A stretch of 64,000 nt of DNA from an uncultured virus (IMG/VR IMGVR_UViG_3300046501_000552) (IMGVR_UViG_3300046501_000552:1-64000), one strand, 5' to 3'; positions 28,065 to 36,474 are shown, numbered from the stretch's first letter. Numbers and translations are program-made. Notes: generated from the sequence alone by a model not told the origin.

Positions 28065-28450
28065 TCCAACACCCCGTTATTTAGTAAAGTAGCGCAGTCT
28101 TTATAGGCTGCTAGAAATTGCTCGAGAAGGGCTCGCGCTTGCTCGCGACGTGACGTAACAATCGCGAAGAATAGGACCTTGCCTTCCGGATCGTCGTTGA
28201 AAGCTTGTTGTACAGCCGGGTTTTCATGACGTTGACAGCGAAGTTGATACAGGTGATGGGCTTTAGCGTGTTCCAGATCGCCTGCTTCTCCGAAATACAC
28301 GGCTTCATGCTCCGGAAAGTACAAGGCGTACATGCCTACGGCTTTACGAAGCTCGGGAAATAAAGGCCCGACTGGCTGAGGCTCCCGTGAGAGGGCCTGA
28401 GCCAGTTCGAGCGTGATCCACTTGTCGACGAAATAGGCGTCGATATTCAT
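28061..28450 (-). CDS. stand-alone degenerate GIY-YIG-like protein
   Basis: GMYALYFPEHEAVYFGE...HH..QL....HENPAVQQAFN...LLN aligns by eye with the nuclease domain at 1491-2327. Confidence 0.6.
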   Translation of the reverse strand: MNIDAYFVDKWITLELAQALSREPQPVGPLFPELRKAVGMYALYFPEHEAVYFGEAGDLEHAKAHHLYQLRCQRHENPAVQQAFNDDPEGKVLFFAIVTSRREQARALLEQFLAAYKDCATLLNNGVLE

Positions 28451-28548
28451 TGTTGTTTCGGTGTGACGATGACGCGACACGGCTGGGAGTCGTACATCAA
28501 CTTCCAGGCACGAATTTGCGCCATCACGCGTTTGTGTACTTCAGACAT
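28447..28548 (-). CDS. 33-aa micro-protein
   Basis: MSEVHKRVMAQIRAWKLMYDSQPCRVIVTPKQQ; fills the gap exactly, overlapping the upstream stop and ATGA-coupled to the downstream start. Confidence 0.45.
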   Translation of the reverse strand: MSEVHKRVMAQIRAWKLMYDSQPCRVIVTPKQQ

Positions 28549-28789
28549 GGCCGCTCCAGACGAAGTGATCACTCCAGATAATAGCAACTATCCCGATCAG
28601 ACCGATGAGGGCCAGAATCACGCAGATCCAGGCATCGATCGTCGTGAACCGAGACTCCTCGTCCCAGGGATAGTTGAGATCTGGCCGGTTGGTAAAGCCC
28701 AGACTTTCACCGGCTCGACCTTCGCGAATAAAGCGCGCTTGGCGCTCCTTGGCAAGCCGCTCGTAGCCGATGTTAGTAAAGAGTCCCAT
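28541..28789 (-). CDS. small membrane protein
   Basis: 82 aa with a C-terminal hydrophobic helix WICVILALIGLIGIVAIIW; AAGGA Shine-Dalgarno. Confidence 0.65.
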   Translation of the reverse strand: MGLFTNIGYERLAKERQARFIREGRAGESLGFTNRPDLNYPWDEESRFTTIDAWICVILALIGLIGIVAIIWSDHFVWSGHV

Positions 28790-28797
28790 GACGATCC

Positions 28798-29499
28798 TTA
28801 ATTAAGACCAGTATTGGCGAGGTGCATGCAGGTCAGAATGATGCTGAGGGTCTGCGTGGACTTCACCTGGGTGCCCAGCTTCTCGATCGACTTGAGCGAC
28901 ACCCCGCCAGTTTTGCTGATAGCGGAATTGAGCGCATCAAAGCCTTTCTCATCCCCGCCTCGATACTTGAGCATCTCGGTGAGGTTGGCGTCCAGATTAA
29001 GTGCGGCCATAATCTGCGTCTCTGGGTAGGAGATCTTCGATCCCTTGGACTTCCCGGTCGGCTGGCCTGTGAAATCGTCCACGGACTTAGAGTCTTCAGG
29101 AATCGAGATCTTCTTGACCAGCAGCTGCGCTTGACGGCGCAGGGGGAGATCAACCACCAGGTACGGAATCGGTGACAGATACGGTGGAATATCGTTGCCA
29201 TTGTCGATCCAGATCCTTTCAAAGAAGTTATGGCCCAGTTCATCAGCCAGCTTCAGGTTCCGTTCGATGTCTAGGCGCACCAGCTTCTTATCGCCGCCTT
29301 GCGGGTGTTCTGCGAGGTTAGGCGCAATCACCGCGAGTCGAATCTCCTGCCGCTCAAGCTTTTCCATCCATACGGCAAACGCCGCGTCGTCCATGCTGGC
29401 GAAGAGATTGCGGTAAATGTCAGTGTTACCTGACTCCGGGATCAACTTCTCGATCCATTCGTAGATAACCGCTTCAGCAGCTGCTCGGTTTCCTGCCAT
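28798..29499 (-). CDS. rpoB: virion RNA polymerase beta-like subunit, C-terminal piece (phiKZ gp149-like)
   Basis: DDFTGQPTGKSKGSKISYPETQIMAA...LTEMLKYRGGD parallels the bacterial RpoB C-terminus (TQQP..GK...GGQRFGEME...LQEMLT.KSDD). Confidence 0.8.
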   Translation of the reverse strand: MAGNRAAAEAVIYEWIEKLIPESGNTDIYRNLFASMDDAAFAVWMEKLERQEIRLAVIAPNLAEHPQGGDKKLVRLDIERNLKLADELGHNFFERIWIDNGNDIPPYLSPIPYLVVDLPLRRQAQLLVKKISIPEDSKSVDDFTGQPTGKSKGSKISYPETQIMAALNLDANLTEMLKYRGGDEKGFDALNSAISKTGGVSLKSIEKLGTQVKSTQTLSIILTCMHLANTGLN

Positions 29500-30032
29500 G
29501 ATGTTTTCCTAATCCGTTCAAGCCAGTCCTCGTCCGGTTCCACAAGGTTGATCGTCATCGCGAGCTGGTACTTCTTGCCCTGATCGATCATGTGTTTCGT
29601 GCCTCGTGATTCACCGTCCCAGAACGTGATGAGATGGGTTGCCACGCGTGCCATTTGAGTGTTGCGCACATAACCTGCGCTACGCCCGAGCCCGTCCCAG
29701 TCGGCAGGAAACTCTGCCCATGGGAAGCCGTTCTCTTTGCACCAGTGGATAATCATATCATCAGCGCCCTTGCTGGCCTTGCCGGATACAAAAACGATCC
29801 TGGGTAAGTCAACCAAATCCTCTTTCATGAGCCGCAACTCCAACCAGTGGACAAAGTCCTCGTAACGGTTATAGTTGCGACCCCCGGCGACCACAATGAT
29901 CGCGTCCCAGATCTCACGCGTTAACAGCTCATGCGGCACCACAAACTCTCGGCCCTTTACGATGGGCCACTCGTCGAGCAGATTTAAGCGCTCGCGTAGT
30001 GCGATTGCGGAATGCTGAATTTCATCATGCAT
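29442..30032 (-). CDS. SLOG-superfamily (YspA/DUF2493-like) nucleotide-binding protein
   Basis: IIVVAGGR...VSGKASKGAD...FPADW...GRSAGYVRNTQM...FWDGESRGTKHMI; start position uncertain. Confidence 0.85.
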   Translation of the reverse strand: MHDEIQHSAIALRERLNLLDEWPIVKGREFVVPHELLTREIWDAIIVVAGGRNYNRYEDFVHWLELRLMKEDLVDLPRIVFVSGKASKGADDMIIHWCKENGFPWAEFPADWDGLGRSAGYVRNTQMARVATHLITFWDGESRGTKHMIDQGKKYQLAMTINLVEPDEDWLERIRKTSWQETEQLLKRLSTNGSRS

Positions 30033-30352
30033 GGCAGGACCATCTGTTCGAAGAGACGCATCCAGTCGTCAGCCGTGCCCTGATCGACCAGGCAGAAACG
30101 AATCTGCGTGGTATTCGCGGGCACCGCACCGACGAGCTGACGCAGTTGGCGATTGACCAGGAAGCGATGACGGGGAAACTCGATCGTGGTGTAGGCGTCG
30201 CTATGGATGCCTTCGCCATAGGTCTGCCAGGCGCTCGGATTCGGGTGACCGGATTCGGCCAGCCGATTCGTCACGTACTCGATCAGGTTGGCTTCGAGTT
30301 GCGCGGGGGCTTCGCCGCCCACGATGTCAGTGGATTGAACTGCGGTATTCAT
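29984..30352 (-). CDS. hypothetical protein
   Basis: 122-aa ORF with AGGAG Shine-Dalgarno. Confidence 0.7.
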   Translation of the reverse strand: MNTAVQSTDIVGGEAPAQLEANLIEYVTNRLAESGHPNPSAWQTYGEGIHSDAYTTIEFPRHRFLVNRQLRQLVGAVPANTTQIRFCLVDQGTADDWMRLFEQMVLPCMMKFSIPQSHYASA

Positions 30353-30362
30353 GTTGGTACTC

Positions 30363-30653
30363 CTAGCCGCGCGTCATAAGCGGGCGTGTGGGTTCTTCGG
30401 GGTAGCCGAGTGCTTTGGCTCGGCCACGATAGACGAAACGACCGTCCTCGAACTCCGACTGACAGCGCATGCACATCCGACCGTCCTTCATCCGGTAAGC
30501 GTACGCGGGTTCACGCGTGTTCTCGAGAACGTACTCCGTGGGCAGTCCAGCGACCACGTACAGGCCGCCCGACTTAACATGTTCCACCACGTCGTTGATC
30601 ACAAACTTCACCGGCGAGACGACGGGGATTTCTTGTTGTTCAGTGGTGCTCAT
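30363..30653 (-). CDS. DUF1653-like protein
   Basis: HVKSGGLYVV...LENTREPAYAY....GRMCMR..SEF..GRF pattern. Confidence 0.65.
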   Translation of the reverse strand: MSTTEQQEIPVVSPVKFVINDVVEHVKSGGLYVVAGLPTEYVLENTREPAYAYRMKDGRMCMRCQSEFEDGRFVYRGRAKALGYPEEPTRPLMTRG

Positions 30654-30807
30654 GATAGCTCAGGACCTTAAAACCGTTGTAGGGTTCGACGAAATCTTTG
30701 CCACACCCCTTACAAACACGGTGGACCAATACGAGATCGGTCCGGACCATCTTCTTCTCGGGGTGCTTGCAAAGCGTCGCTCTAATCAAACGACGCAGGT
30801 ACTTCAT
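30640..30807 (-). CDS. 55-aa putative zinc-binding micro-protein
   Basis: MKYLRRLIRATLCKHPEKKMVRTDLVLVHRVCKGCGKDFVEPYNGFKVLSYHEHH; CxH...CxxC; ATGA-coupled to the recombinase stop; not in the ORF track. Confidence 0.6.
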   Translation of the reverse strand: MKYLRRLIRATLCKHPEKKMVRTDLVLVHRVCKGCGKDFVEPYNGFKVLSYHEHH

Positions 30808-32234
30808 GCTGCGGCCTTCAGGGCATCCACGCTGACCGGATACCAGTACGGATGGTACAACCCCTTACGCATCCGCAGCAAATCCATGGTCGAAAGGAAA
30901 GGCAACGGATGGTCTTCGTCCGTCGTCCACCAGCCGCGCGTATTGAGCAGCAGCTCCCAGTCGTAACCCTTGGCCTTCAGGTCGTTGTACAGCTCTTCCG
31001 GCGTGCACATCAGGTCGTCCAGGTGATGCCACATGTACGACATCTGGCACATTTCCGACGTGATGTTCAGCGCCCGACGCAGCTTCGCATCTTCGTCGAT
31101 CTTGCTACGCACGGTAGTGCGACCCAGCTTGCACTCCGGATAGAGCGCCAGTGCGTAGTTGATCTTGCTGCCCACCAGCCCGTAGTAATCCTGTTCACGG
31201 ATGTGATGGAACTCGGTCAGTGAGGGCAACACGCCTTCGGTTTGTGAGACGATCAAGGTGATCGCCATGCCCGAGGGCCCGGACTTGGAGCGCAGATTGC
31301 GCAGCTGCACGGTGTTCAAGTCCGTATCGAGCTTGACCTTGTCATCGGAATCGCGCGGATACTCCGGCCCGTTCTTGTCCGCCGCCATCAAAGGCGAGGC
31401 GTTATAAGCGTGCCAGCAGTTGTGCGTGATGAAGGTGAACTTGTCGGTCGTGCCCTTGATCTTGTCGCCGTTTTTCAGGTGCTTGAGCTTGACGATCGGC
31501 ACCGAACCGGCAGGCCCTGCGTTTTGCATCGTCGACTCTTTGCCGATGTGTGCGGTCATCAGCGAGTAGTTATTCGCCTGACCGTTCAGACGCGGCGCTT
31601 CCATCAGCAAGCGCAGCTTAGCCAGACCCTGACGCATGTGAATCGTGTTACCGCCCGATTCGCCCAGATCGTTCTTGTCCTGCATGTCCATCACGTCCGA
31701 GGTTTCGAATTCCGTGAAGGAGTCGATCTCATTGAACGTGGGGATGATCATGCGCAGCGGCCCGGAGCGATCCCGATTCCAGAACGGCGTATCCACCGAC
31801 CACTTGCCGACGTTCTTGGCTTTCTCTTCCAAGAACTCGCGCTGCTTGGCGTACCAGTCGTCGCCCGTGTGCATGGTCTTGTCGGTGATAATCCAGCGTC
31901 CCGTTTGCAGGACGTCTTCTTCGTGCAGACCTTCGACTCGACGGATCATCTCCATCAAGTGCCATTCCTGAATGTTGACTTCGGTATCGTAGGTGGAGGC
32001 CGAAGCCTGACGAAAACGCGACATCGCGGTGAGCATCTGGTAGTGCATCACCGTGGACTTGAAGTTGTTACCAATCCCCACGACCCCGGTGAGCGTAGCC
32101 AGGCCGCCGTTAAGGATGTGCTCACCCTTGCGCCCCTCGATATAGGTGCCGGTGGGGATGTCCATCAGTGCACCGATGTTAATCATCAGTTTCACGTTGG
32201 GCGCAGCGTTGATTTTAGGTTGAAGAAATTCCAT
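30804..32234 (-). CDS. uvsX: UvsX/RecA-like recombinase (phiKZ gp152-like)
   Basis: Start ATG 32234 (MEFLQPK); NIGALMDIPTG, Walker-A-like GIGNNFKST, YDTE, Walker-B-like IDSFT, RSKSGPSG. Confidence 0.8.
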   Translation of the reverse strand: MEFLQPKINAAPNVKLMINIGALMDIPTGTYIEGRKGEHILNGGLATLTGVVGIGNNFKSTVMHYQMLTAMSRFRQASASTYDTEVNIQEWHLMEMIRRVEGLHEEDVLQTGRWIITDKTMHTGDDWYAKQREFLEEKAKNVGKWSVDTPFWNRDRSGPLRMIIPTFNEIDSFTEFETSDVMDMQDKNDLGESGGNTIHMRQGLAKLRLLMEAPRLNGQANNYSLMTAHIGKESTMQNAGPAGSVPIVKLKHLKNGDKIKGTTDKFTFITHNCWHAYNASPLMAADKNGPEYPRDSDDKVKLDTDLNTVQLRNLRSKSGPSGMAITLIVSQTEGVLPSLTEFHHIREQDYYGLVGSKINYALALYPECKLGRTTVRSKIDEDAKLRRALNITSEMCQMSYMWHHLDDLMCTPEELYNDLKAKGYDWELLLNTRGWWTTDEDHPLPFLSTMDLLRMRKGLYHPYWYPVSVDALKAAA

Positions 32235-32375
32235 GTGCTTTGCTTTGGTCTTAAATGGAGAATGACGAAACACAGCCGTACAAATAATGGCGATAGTCGG
32301 TGAAAAATACCATCCCGCTATAGCTGCCACGCGCATGTTATGGCTTACAAACTTACCCCAGTCAGAAGGACACCT

Positions 32376-33203
32376 ATGGACTCGCTTCAAACTCTGCGTC
32401 ACCATCGTGACGTTGTGGCGCTGGAGACTTTCAGCGTCCAGGCACTCGATGTCACCGGCATGCTCAAACAGATCTTCCCGGACATCAAGAAACACTTCCT
32501 CGATTTCACACAGCGCTTCTCGGGCACCGACAAGCCGGTGCCGCTCTCGCGCCATCAGGCGAGCTTCATGAAGCTGCTGGAGCGTCACAACTACGTCGAC
32601 ATCAGCCCGCTTACCGTTTACTGCCCCGAAGGCATGAAGGGTACTTACCTGGAACTCGCCGCGGTGCTTAAGCGCGGTGCCGAGCATTCGGCCAAGGTGA
32701 TGGATCTGCTTAACCAGTACACCACGTACTTGGCGCTGCTGATCACCAACGAGTATCAACGCTTCTCGACGGAAAATTCGGCCAAGGTCTACCAGGGTCT
32801 GCAAGAAGCCCGCACGAGCCTCTTGAAGGACATCGGCGCCTGCTTCAATCCGGGTCGTCACGACACGACCATGAAGTACGGCGAGGCCGTCGCGCGCAAC
32901 AAGGACTGGGAGCTCGTGTTCGGTGAAGTCGACACGCTCTCCAAGCTGAGCAACAGCGTCTCGCGCGAGAAGCTCAATGCGAAGGTGAAGGAAGCCACCC
33001 AGTACATGGAAAAGATCGTCCAGATGCTCAAGGACGGCAAGATGGAAAGCACTGCGTACGAAGTCGCGCAAGAGCTCTCCGAGGGCGCCTACCAGATCGC
33101 CTGCGAGCTCGAGTTCTTCTCGACGATGTACTTTCGCGTGATGGCGTTTAACACGAGCATCAACGAATCGGTCGACAAGATTACCGATAACCTGAAGTCG
33201 TAA
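32376..33203 (+). CDS. putative virion (head) protein (phiKZ gp153-like position)
   Basis: ATG 32376 with AAGGA Shine-Dalgarno; N-terminal V-A-L-E protease-type site; divergent from uvsX. Confidence 0.7.
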   Translation: MDSLQTLRHHRDVVALETFSVQALDVTGMLKQIFPDIKKHFLDFTQRFSGTDKPVPLSRHQASFMKLLERHNYVDISPLTVYCPEGMKGTYLELAAVLKRGAEHSAKVMDLLNQYTTYLALLITNEYQRFSTENSAKVYQGLQEARTSLLKDIGACFNPGRHDTTMKYGEAVARNKDWELVFGEVDTLSKLSNSVSREKLNAKVKEATQYMEKIVQMLKDGKMESTAYEVAQELSEGAYQIACELEFFSTMYFRVMAFNTSINESVDKITDNLKS

Positions 33204-33218
33204 GCCCTTTCGCCAGAC

Positions 33219-33275
33219 CGGCATAAACCCACTAACCCGCCCGTACCACTGGGGAGGTTAGTGGGAATATGACCG
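33219..33275. terminator. bidirectional hairpin flanked by CGGCATA / TATGACCG
   Basis: CCCACTAACC...GGTTAGTGGG between convergent genes. Confidence 0.7.
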
Positions 33276-33283
33276 CGATGGCA

Positions 33284-33697
33284 CTAGCCCAAAACTTCGG
33301 ACTTATGACGGAACAACTTCTGCAGATCCGCATCGACCTCACCTTCACGACCGTAACGCAACCACGCTGGGATGCAGGCCTTGATCTGTTGTACGAGGTC
33401 ACCGATGGTGGATTCAGGAAGAGGACCTCCCTTGGATAGCAGCGCTATGGCATCGACCGAAGTCTTGCCGTCCCAGATGGCTTTGGAAAGCGACGCGGGC
33501 AAACCCATCGCTTTTTCCTCGCCAGCCAGGTCCATGAGATTGTTGAGCTTACGAATCGTCTGAACATCCAAGCTGCGCGTTTCCTTCGCCTGGGCGACGA
33601 TCGACGTCAACAAGATCAGTCGCTTCATCCGTCCAGGCAGTGACGATTCGAGGACCCCCGCCGCTGCAGATTTCAGACTTGCCGTTAACCGTAACAT
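33284..33697 (-). CDS. hypothetical protein
   Basis: 137-aa ORF with GGAG Shine-Dalgarno. Confidence 0.7.
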   Translation of the reverse strand: MLRLTASLKSAAAGVLESSLPGRMKRLILLTSIVAQAKETRSLDVQTIRKLNNLMDLAGEEKAMGLPASLSKAIWDGKTSVDAIALLSKGGPLPESTIGDLVQQIKACIPAWLRYGREGEVDADLQKLFRHKSEVLG

Positions 33698-33754
33698 GGA
33701 CAAAACTCCAATAATGGGCCGCCACTGACGGTAATAAGCAGCAACCCATCGAGG

Positions 33755-33796
33755 TTAGTGAGATTGCGGTGTCACAATCCGCACGTTACTGTACAT
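33755..33796 (-). pseudogene. displaced, synonymously recoded copy of the RNase H C-terminus
   Basis: Encodes MYSNVRIVTPQSH* versus the RNase H end VYSNVRIVTPAKA*. Confidence 0.75.
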
Positions 33797-33841
33797 CCGA
33801 CACATCTTCCCCGGAGCTCCAGACCTCGAACCCTGCCACCC

Positions 33842-35929
33842 TTACGCCTTGGCAGGCGTGACGATGCGCACGTTCGAATATACTCCGGCCCAGATCCCCA
33901 GATCCTCCTCGGTTTCAATCACCGTGGCGTAACGGAAAATGTGCGGGGCCTCCAGCCAGGTAATCAAACTGACTTTCGGGTGAGAATTCTCCAGGCGTTT
34001 CAGAGCGTTCCGATCGAGGAGGTCAATGCCAAGTGTCAGGGTCACTGACGCAGAGCCGATACCTTCATCGGTCTTATACTTAGCCTCAACATCCATGGCC
34101 GCAAACCCGACGTTGTACTTCGGATTTAGCGTGCAGACGTCGACCGTCTCTTTCTTGACGACCTTTTGACTCTTCTCATACAGAATATCGGTCAGATCCG
34201 TGACAACAATCTCCGGGTCCTTCGCCAGATACTGATTGAGCTTGTGCATCAGGAGCTCAATGGACTCCACGGCACGCATCGCCAGATGGGGCGGTTGGTG
34301 CTCGCGCGTGATGGGTTCCTTCTGCTTGTCCTTATCGAGACTGTGCAAATCGAAGGTGTCCAGCCGCCGCGGATTGTCCTGTACCATCACAAGCGGTCCA
34401 TGCTGCGAGAGCTTCTTGTGAATGTCGGGACGGTAGATGAAGTCGAGGCGCGCCGAGGCGAGCGCCATGACGTTATCAGCCAGCGTGCTCTGGTGACCGC
34501 GCACCAGTTCCAACACCGGGTCGGGTGTCTTCAGCTTGACAATCGCGTACGCACCGTCACTGATGCGCTTGCCCGGATGCTCTTCCTCGCGACCGTTACT
34601 GAGGTAGTACTCACCCGCACGGAAGTAATCCGTACAGGTGTTAAAGTACATGCGGGGCATCGAGATAAACGGATGCTTTTCCGTGTCGTACTTCCAGTAG
34701 CCGTCGGCTGGGGACGTGTCGATTGACGCGTAGGTGGTCGCCACCGGCCCGTCCGGATCGAAGCTCCACGACTTGCCGAACATCGCCCGTTGTGAGAGCA
34801 TCACGCCGATGGTCGCGGCCTGATCAGCCGTCTCGTTGCCCAGATGGTCGTTATGACCCTTGACCCAGTCAAAGCGCACTGTCACGCCGCGATTGGTCAA
34901 GATGTCGCGAGCGCTTACGAGCCTCTTCCAGTACTCAGCATTCTTCACGACCATGCCGTCGGACTTGATCCAGTTATTGCGAATCCAGGTCGGCACGTAA
35001 TCCATCAGGCCATTGCAGACGTACTTCGAATCGCAATGCACCTGCACAATCTTCACGTCGTACTGTGCGGCATGCTCCAGCGCTTGCGTCGCTGCCACCA
35101 GCTCGGCGATGTTGTTGGTGATTGCCGCGCTGAACGAGCCATACCCGTCGATGTAAGCAATCGGGGTGACTTCCATGTGCTTACGACGGGCAAGTGGGTT
35201 GCTCAACCATTCCTGGAAATCCGCGAGCGTCCAGTCATTGGTCTGCTTGTTGTACTCGACCTTGGTTACATAACCCGCAGCCGTTACGATGTGGTCCGGG
35301 TTGCCCGAACCTTTCTTCGGCTTCGCAGCCGCGTACAGATAGCCGTGAATGCCCCAGCCACCAGGGCCAGGATTCGGGCGGCAGCCCCCGTCAGTGTGAT
35401 ACACCACACCTTGCGGGGCATCGAGTAGTGCCGGTTGGCCTTTTGCAGGCTCAGCACCGACTTCTTCTACGCTTGACATACGCTGTAATCCTTTCTTTTC
35501 TATTCGTACCGAATCAGAGTGTTTCGGGCTCGTCAGAGTATCCCTCAGGGGAATATATTGTTTCTTGCGTGTCCGAGACGCCCTCGCCTGATTCAGTAGG
35601 TAAGGTTGTCCATGGTGCAGGTCTAAGTAGTCCTGCTCGACCTCTTTCGTCACCTCGACTGGGAGGTTGATGTAGTAGAAATCAAAGGTTCGCTTACCTT
35701 CTTTAAACGCACGTTGCAAACCCTTGTTTTCGGCTACACCCCGTTTAAGTGCACGTAAGTGTTTAATCCGACCTCGGTACAAGTGCTTGGTTTGTCCGAA
35801 GAAGACTTCATCGGTCTGGGGGAAATGAATCGCGTAGACGCCAGGCAAAGGAATGCGTTTGCGCAAATCCCCGTGGACATAAAGCGACAGATTGGTCTGA
35901 AGCCAATCTCGGATCGTAGATGGTGTCAT
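33842..35929 (-). CDS. rnhA: ribonuclease HI (phiKZ gp155-like) with in-frame N-terminal GIY-YIG-like domain; internal start at 35479 likely
   Basis: HTDGGCRPNPGPGGWG, TNNIAEL, CDSKYV, WVKGHNDHLGNETAD form the RNase HI active site. The upstream in-frame 150 codons (GVYAIHFPQTDEVFFGQT...EVEQ...LLN) are GIY-YIG-like. An AAAGGA Shine-Dalgarno precedes ATG 35479. Confidence 0.88.
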   Translation of the reverse strand: MTPSTIRDWLQTNLSLYVHGDLRKRIPLPGVYAIHFPQTDEVFFGQTKHLYRGRIKHLRALKRGVAENKGLQRAFKEGKRTFDFYYINLPVEVTKEVEQDYLDLHHGQPYLLNQARASRTRKKQYIPLRDTLTSPKHSDSVRIEKKGLQRMSSVEEVGAEPAKGQPALLDAPQGVVYHTDGGCRPNPGPGGWGIHGYLYAAAKPKKGSGNPDHIVTAAGYVTKVEYNKQTNDWTLADFQEWLSNPLARRKHMEVTPIAYIDGYGSFSAAITNNIAELVAATQALEHAAQYDVKIVQVHCDSKYVCNGLMDYVPTWIRNNWIKSDGMVVKNAEYWKRLVSARDILTNRGVTVRFDWVKGHNDHLGNETADQAATIGVMLSQRAMFGKSWSFDPDGPVATTYASIDTSPADGYWKYDTEKHPFISMPRMYFNTCTDYFRAGEYYLSNGREEEHPGKRISDGAYAIVKLKTPDPVLELVRGHQSTLADNVMALASARLDFIYRPDIHKKLSQHGPLVMVQDNPRRLDTFDLHSLDKDKQKEPITREHQPPHLAMRAVESIELLMHKLNQYLAKDPEIVVTDLTDILYEKSQKVVKKETVDVCTLNPKYNVGFAAMDVEAKYKTDEGIGSASVTLTLGIDLLDRNALKRLENSHPKVSLITWLEAPHIFRYATVIETEEDLGIWAGVYSNVRIVTPAKA

Positions 35930-35987
35930 GGAACTGCAGGGCAGGCATGTCGCAAAACATGAACCTACCCTGTCAAAATAACTTTTT

Positions 35988-36470
35988 TTACTGCTGATGG
36001 AGCATGACCCAGCGTTTGCATTCAGCCGCGTATTGACGCCGCTGACGCTCGCTCTGATCGCGCACCCGCGTGGCATACTGGTGCATCTGATCGATGTGAT
36101 CATTGAGTAGCTGGATGAGCGCATCCTTATCCTTGGGACTCAGTTGCCTGAGTTGATCCACTGGTACGGGCGGAGGCTGCGGCACCGGCACCAGTTTGAC
36201 GTAAGGACACAGCACATTACCAGCTTCGTCGCGTGTTGCAATGACGATCTCAGGCGCAGAAGCCGGTGAATCAACCGGTACTTCACTCGCGGCTTGATCG
36301 CCCTGATCGTCACTGCCAAACAGGAAGGAGAAAAAGCCTTTATCCTGCTTCTTAGGGGGGTCGCGCTGCTCTTGTCGACCGCGCGGCCCGTGGGGAGGCT
36401 CGTAGGTATTAAAGCTATTGCACCCCGTGAGGCCAATGGCCAGCACTACTGCGTATTTTAGCGATCTCAT
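35988..36470 (-). CDS. lipoprotein (o-spanin-like)
   Basis: MRSLKYAVVLAIGLTG-C lipobox; Pro-rich CPYVKLVPVPQPPPVP; C-terminal helix with Cys. Confidence 0.6.
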   Translation of the reverse strand: MRSLKYAVVLAIGLTGCNSFNTYEPPHGPRGRQEQRDPPKKQDKGFFSFLFGSDDQGDQAASEVPVDSPASAPEIVIATRDEAGNVLCPYVKLVPVPQPPPVPVDQLRQLSPKDKDALIQLLNDHIDQMHQYATRVRDQSERQRRQYAAECKRWVMLHQQ

Positions 36471-36474
36471 GAGT

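Noticed and set aside
32235..33224. 806-aa version of the recombinase
   Set aside because: The extension is antisense to the codon-biased gene 32376-33203; the real start is most likely ATG 32234.
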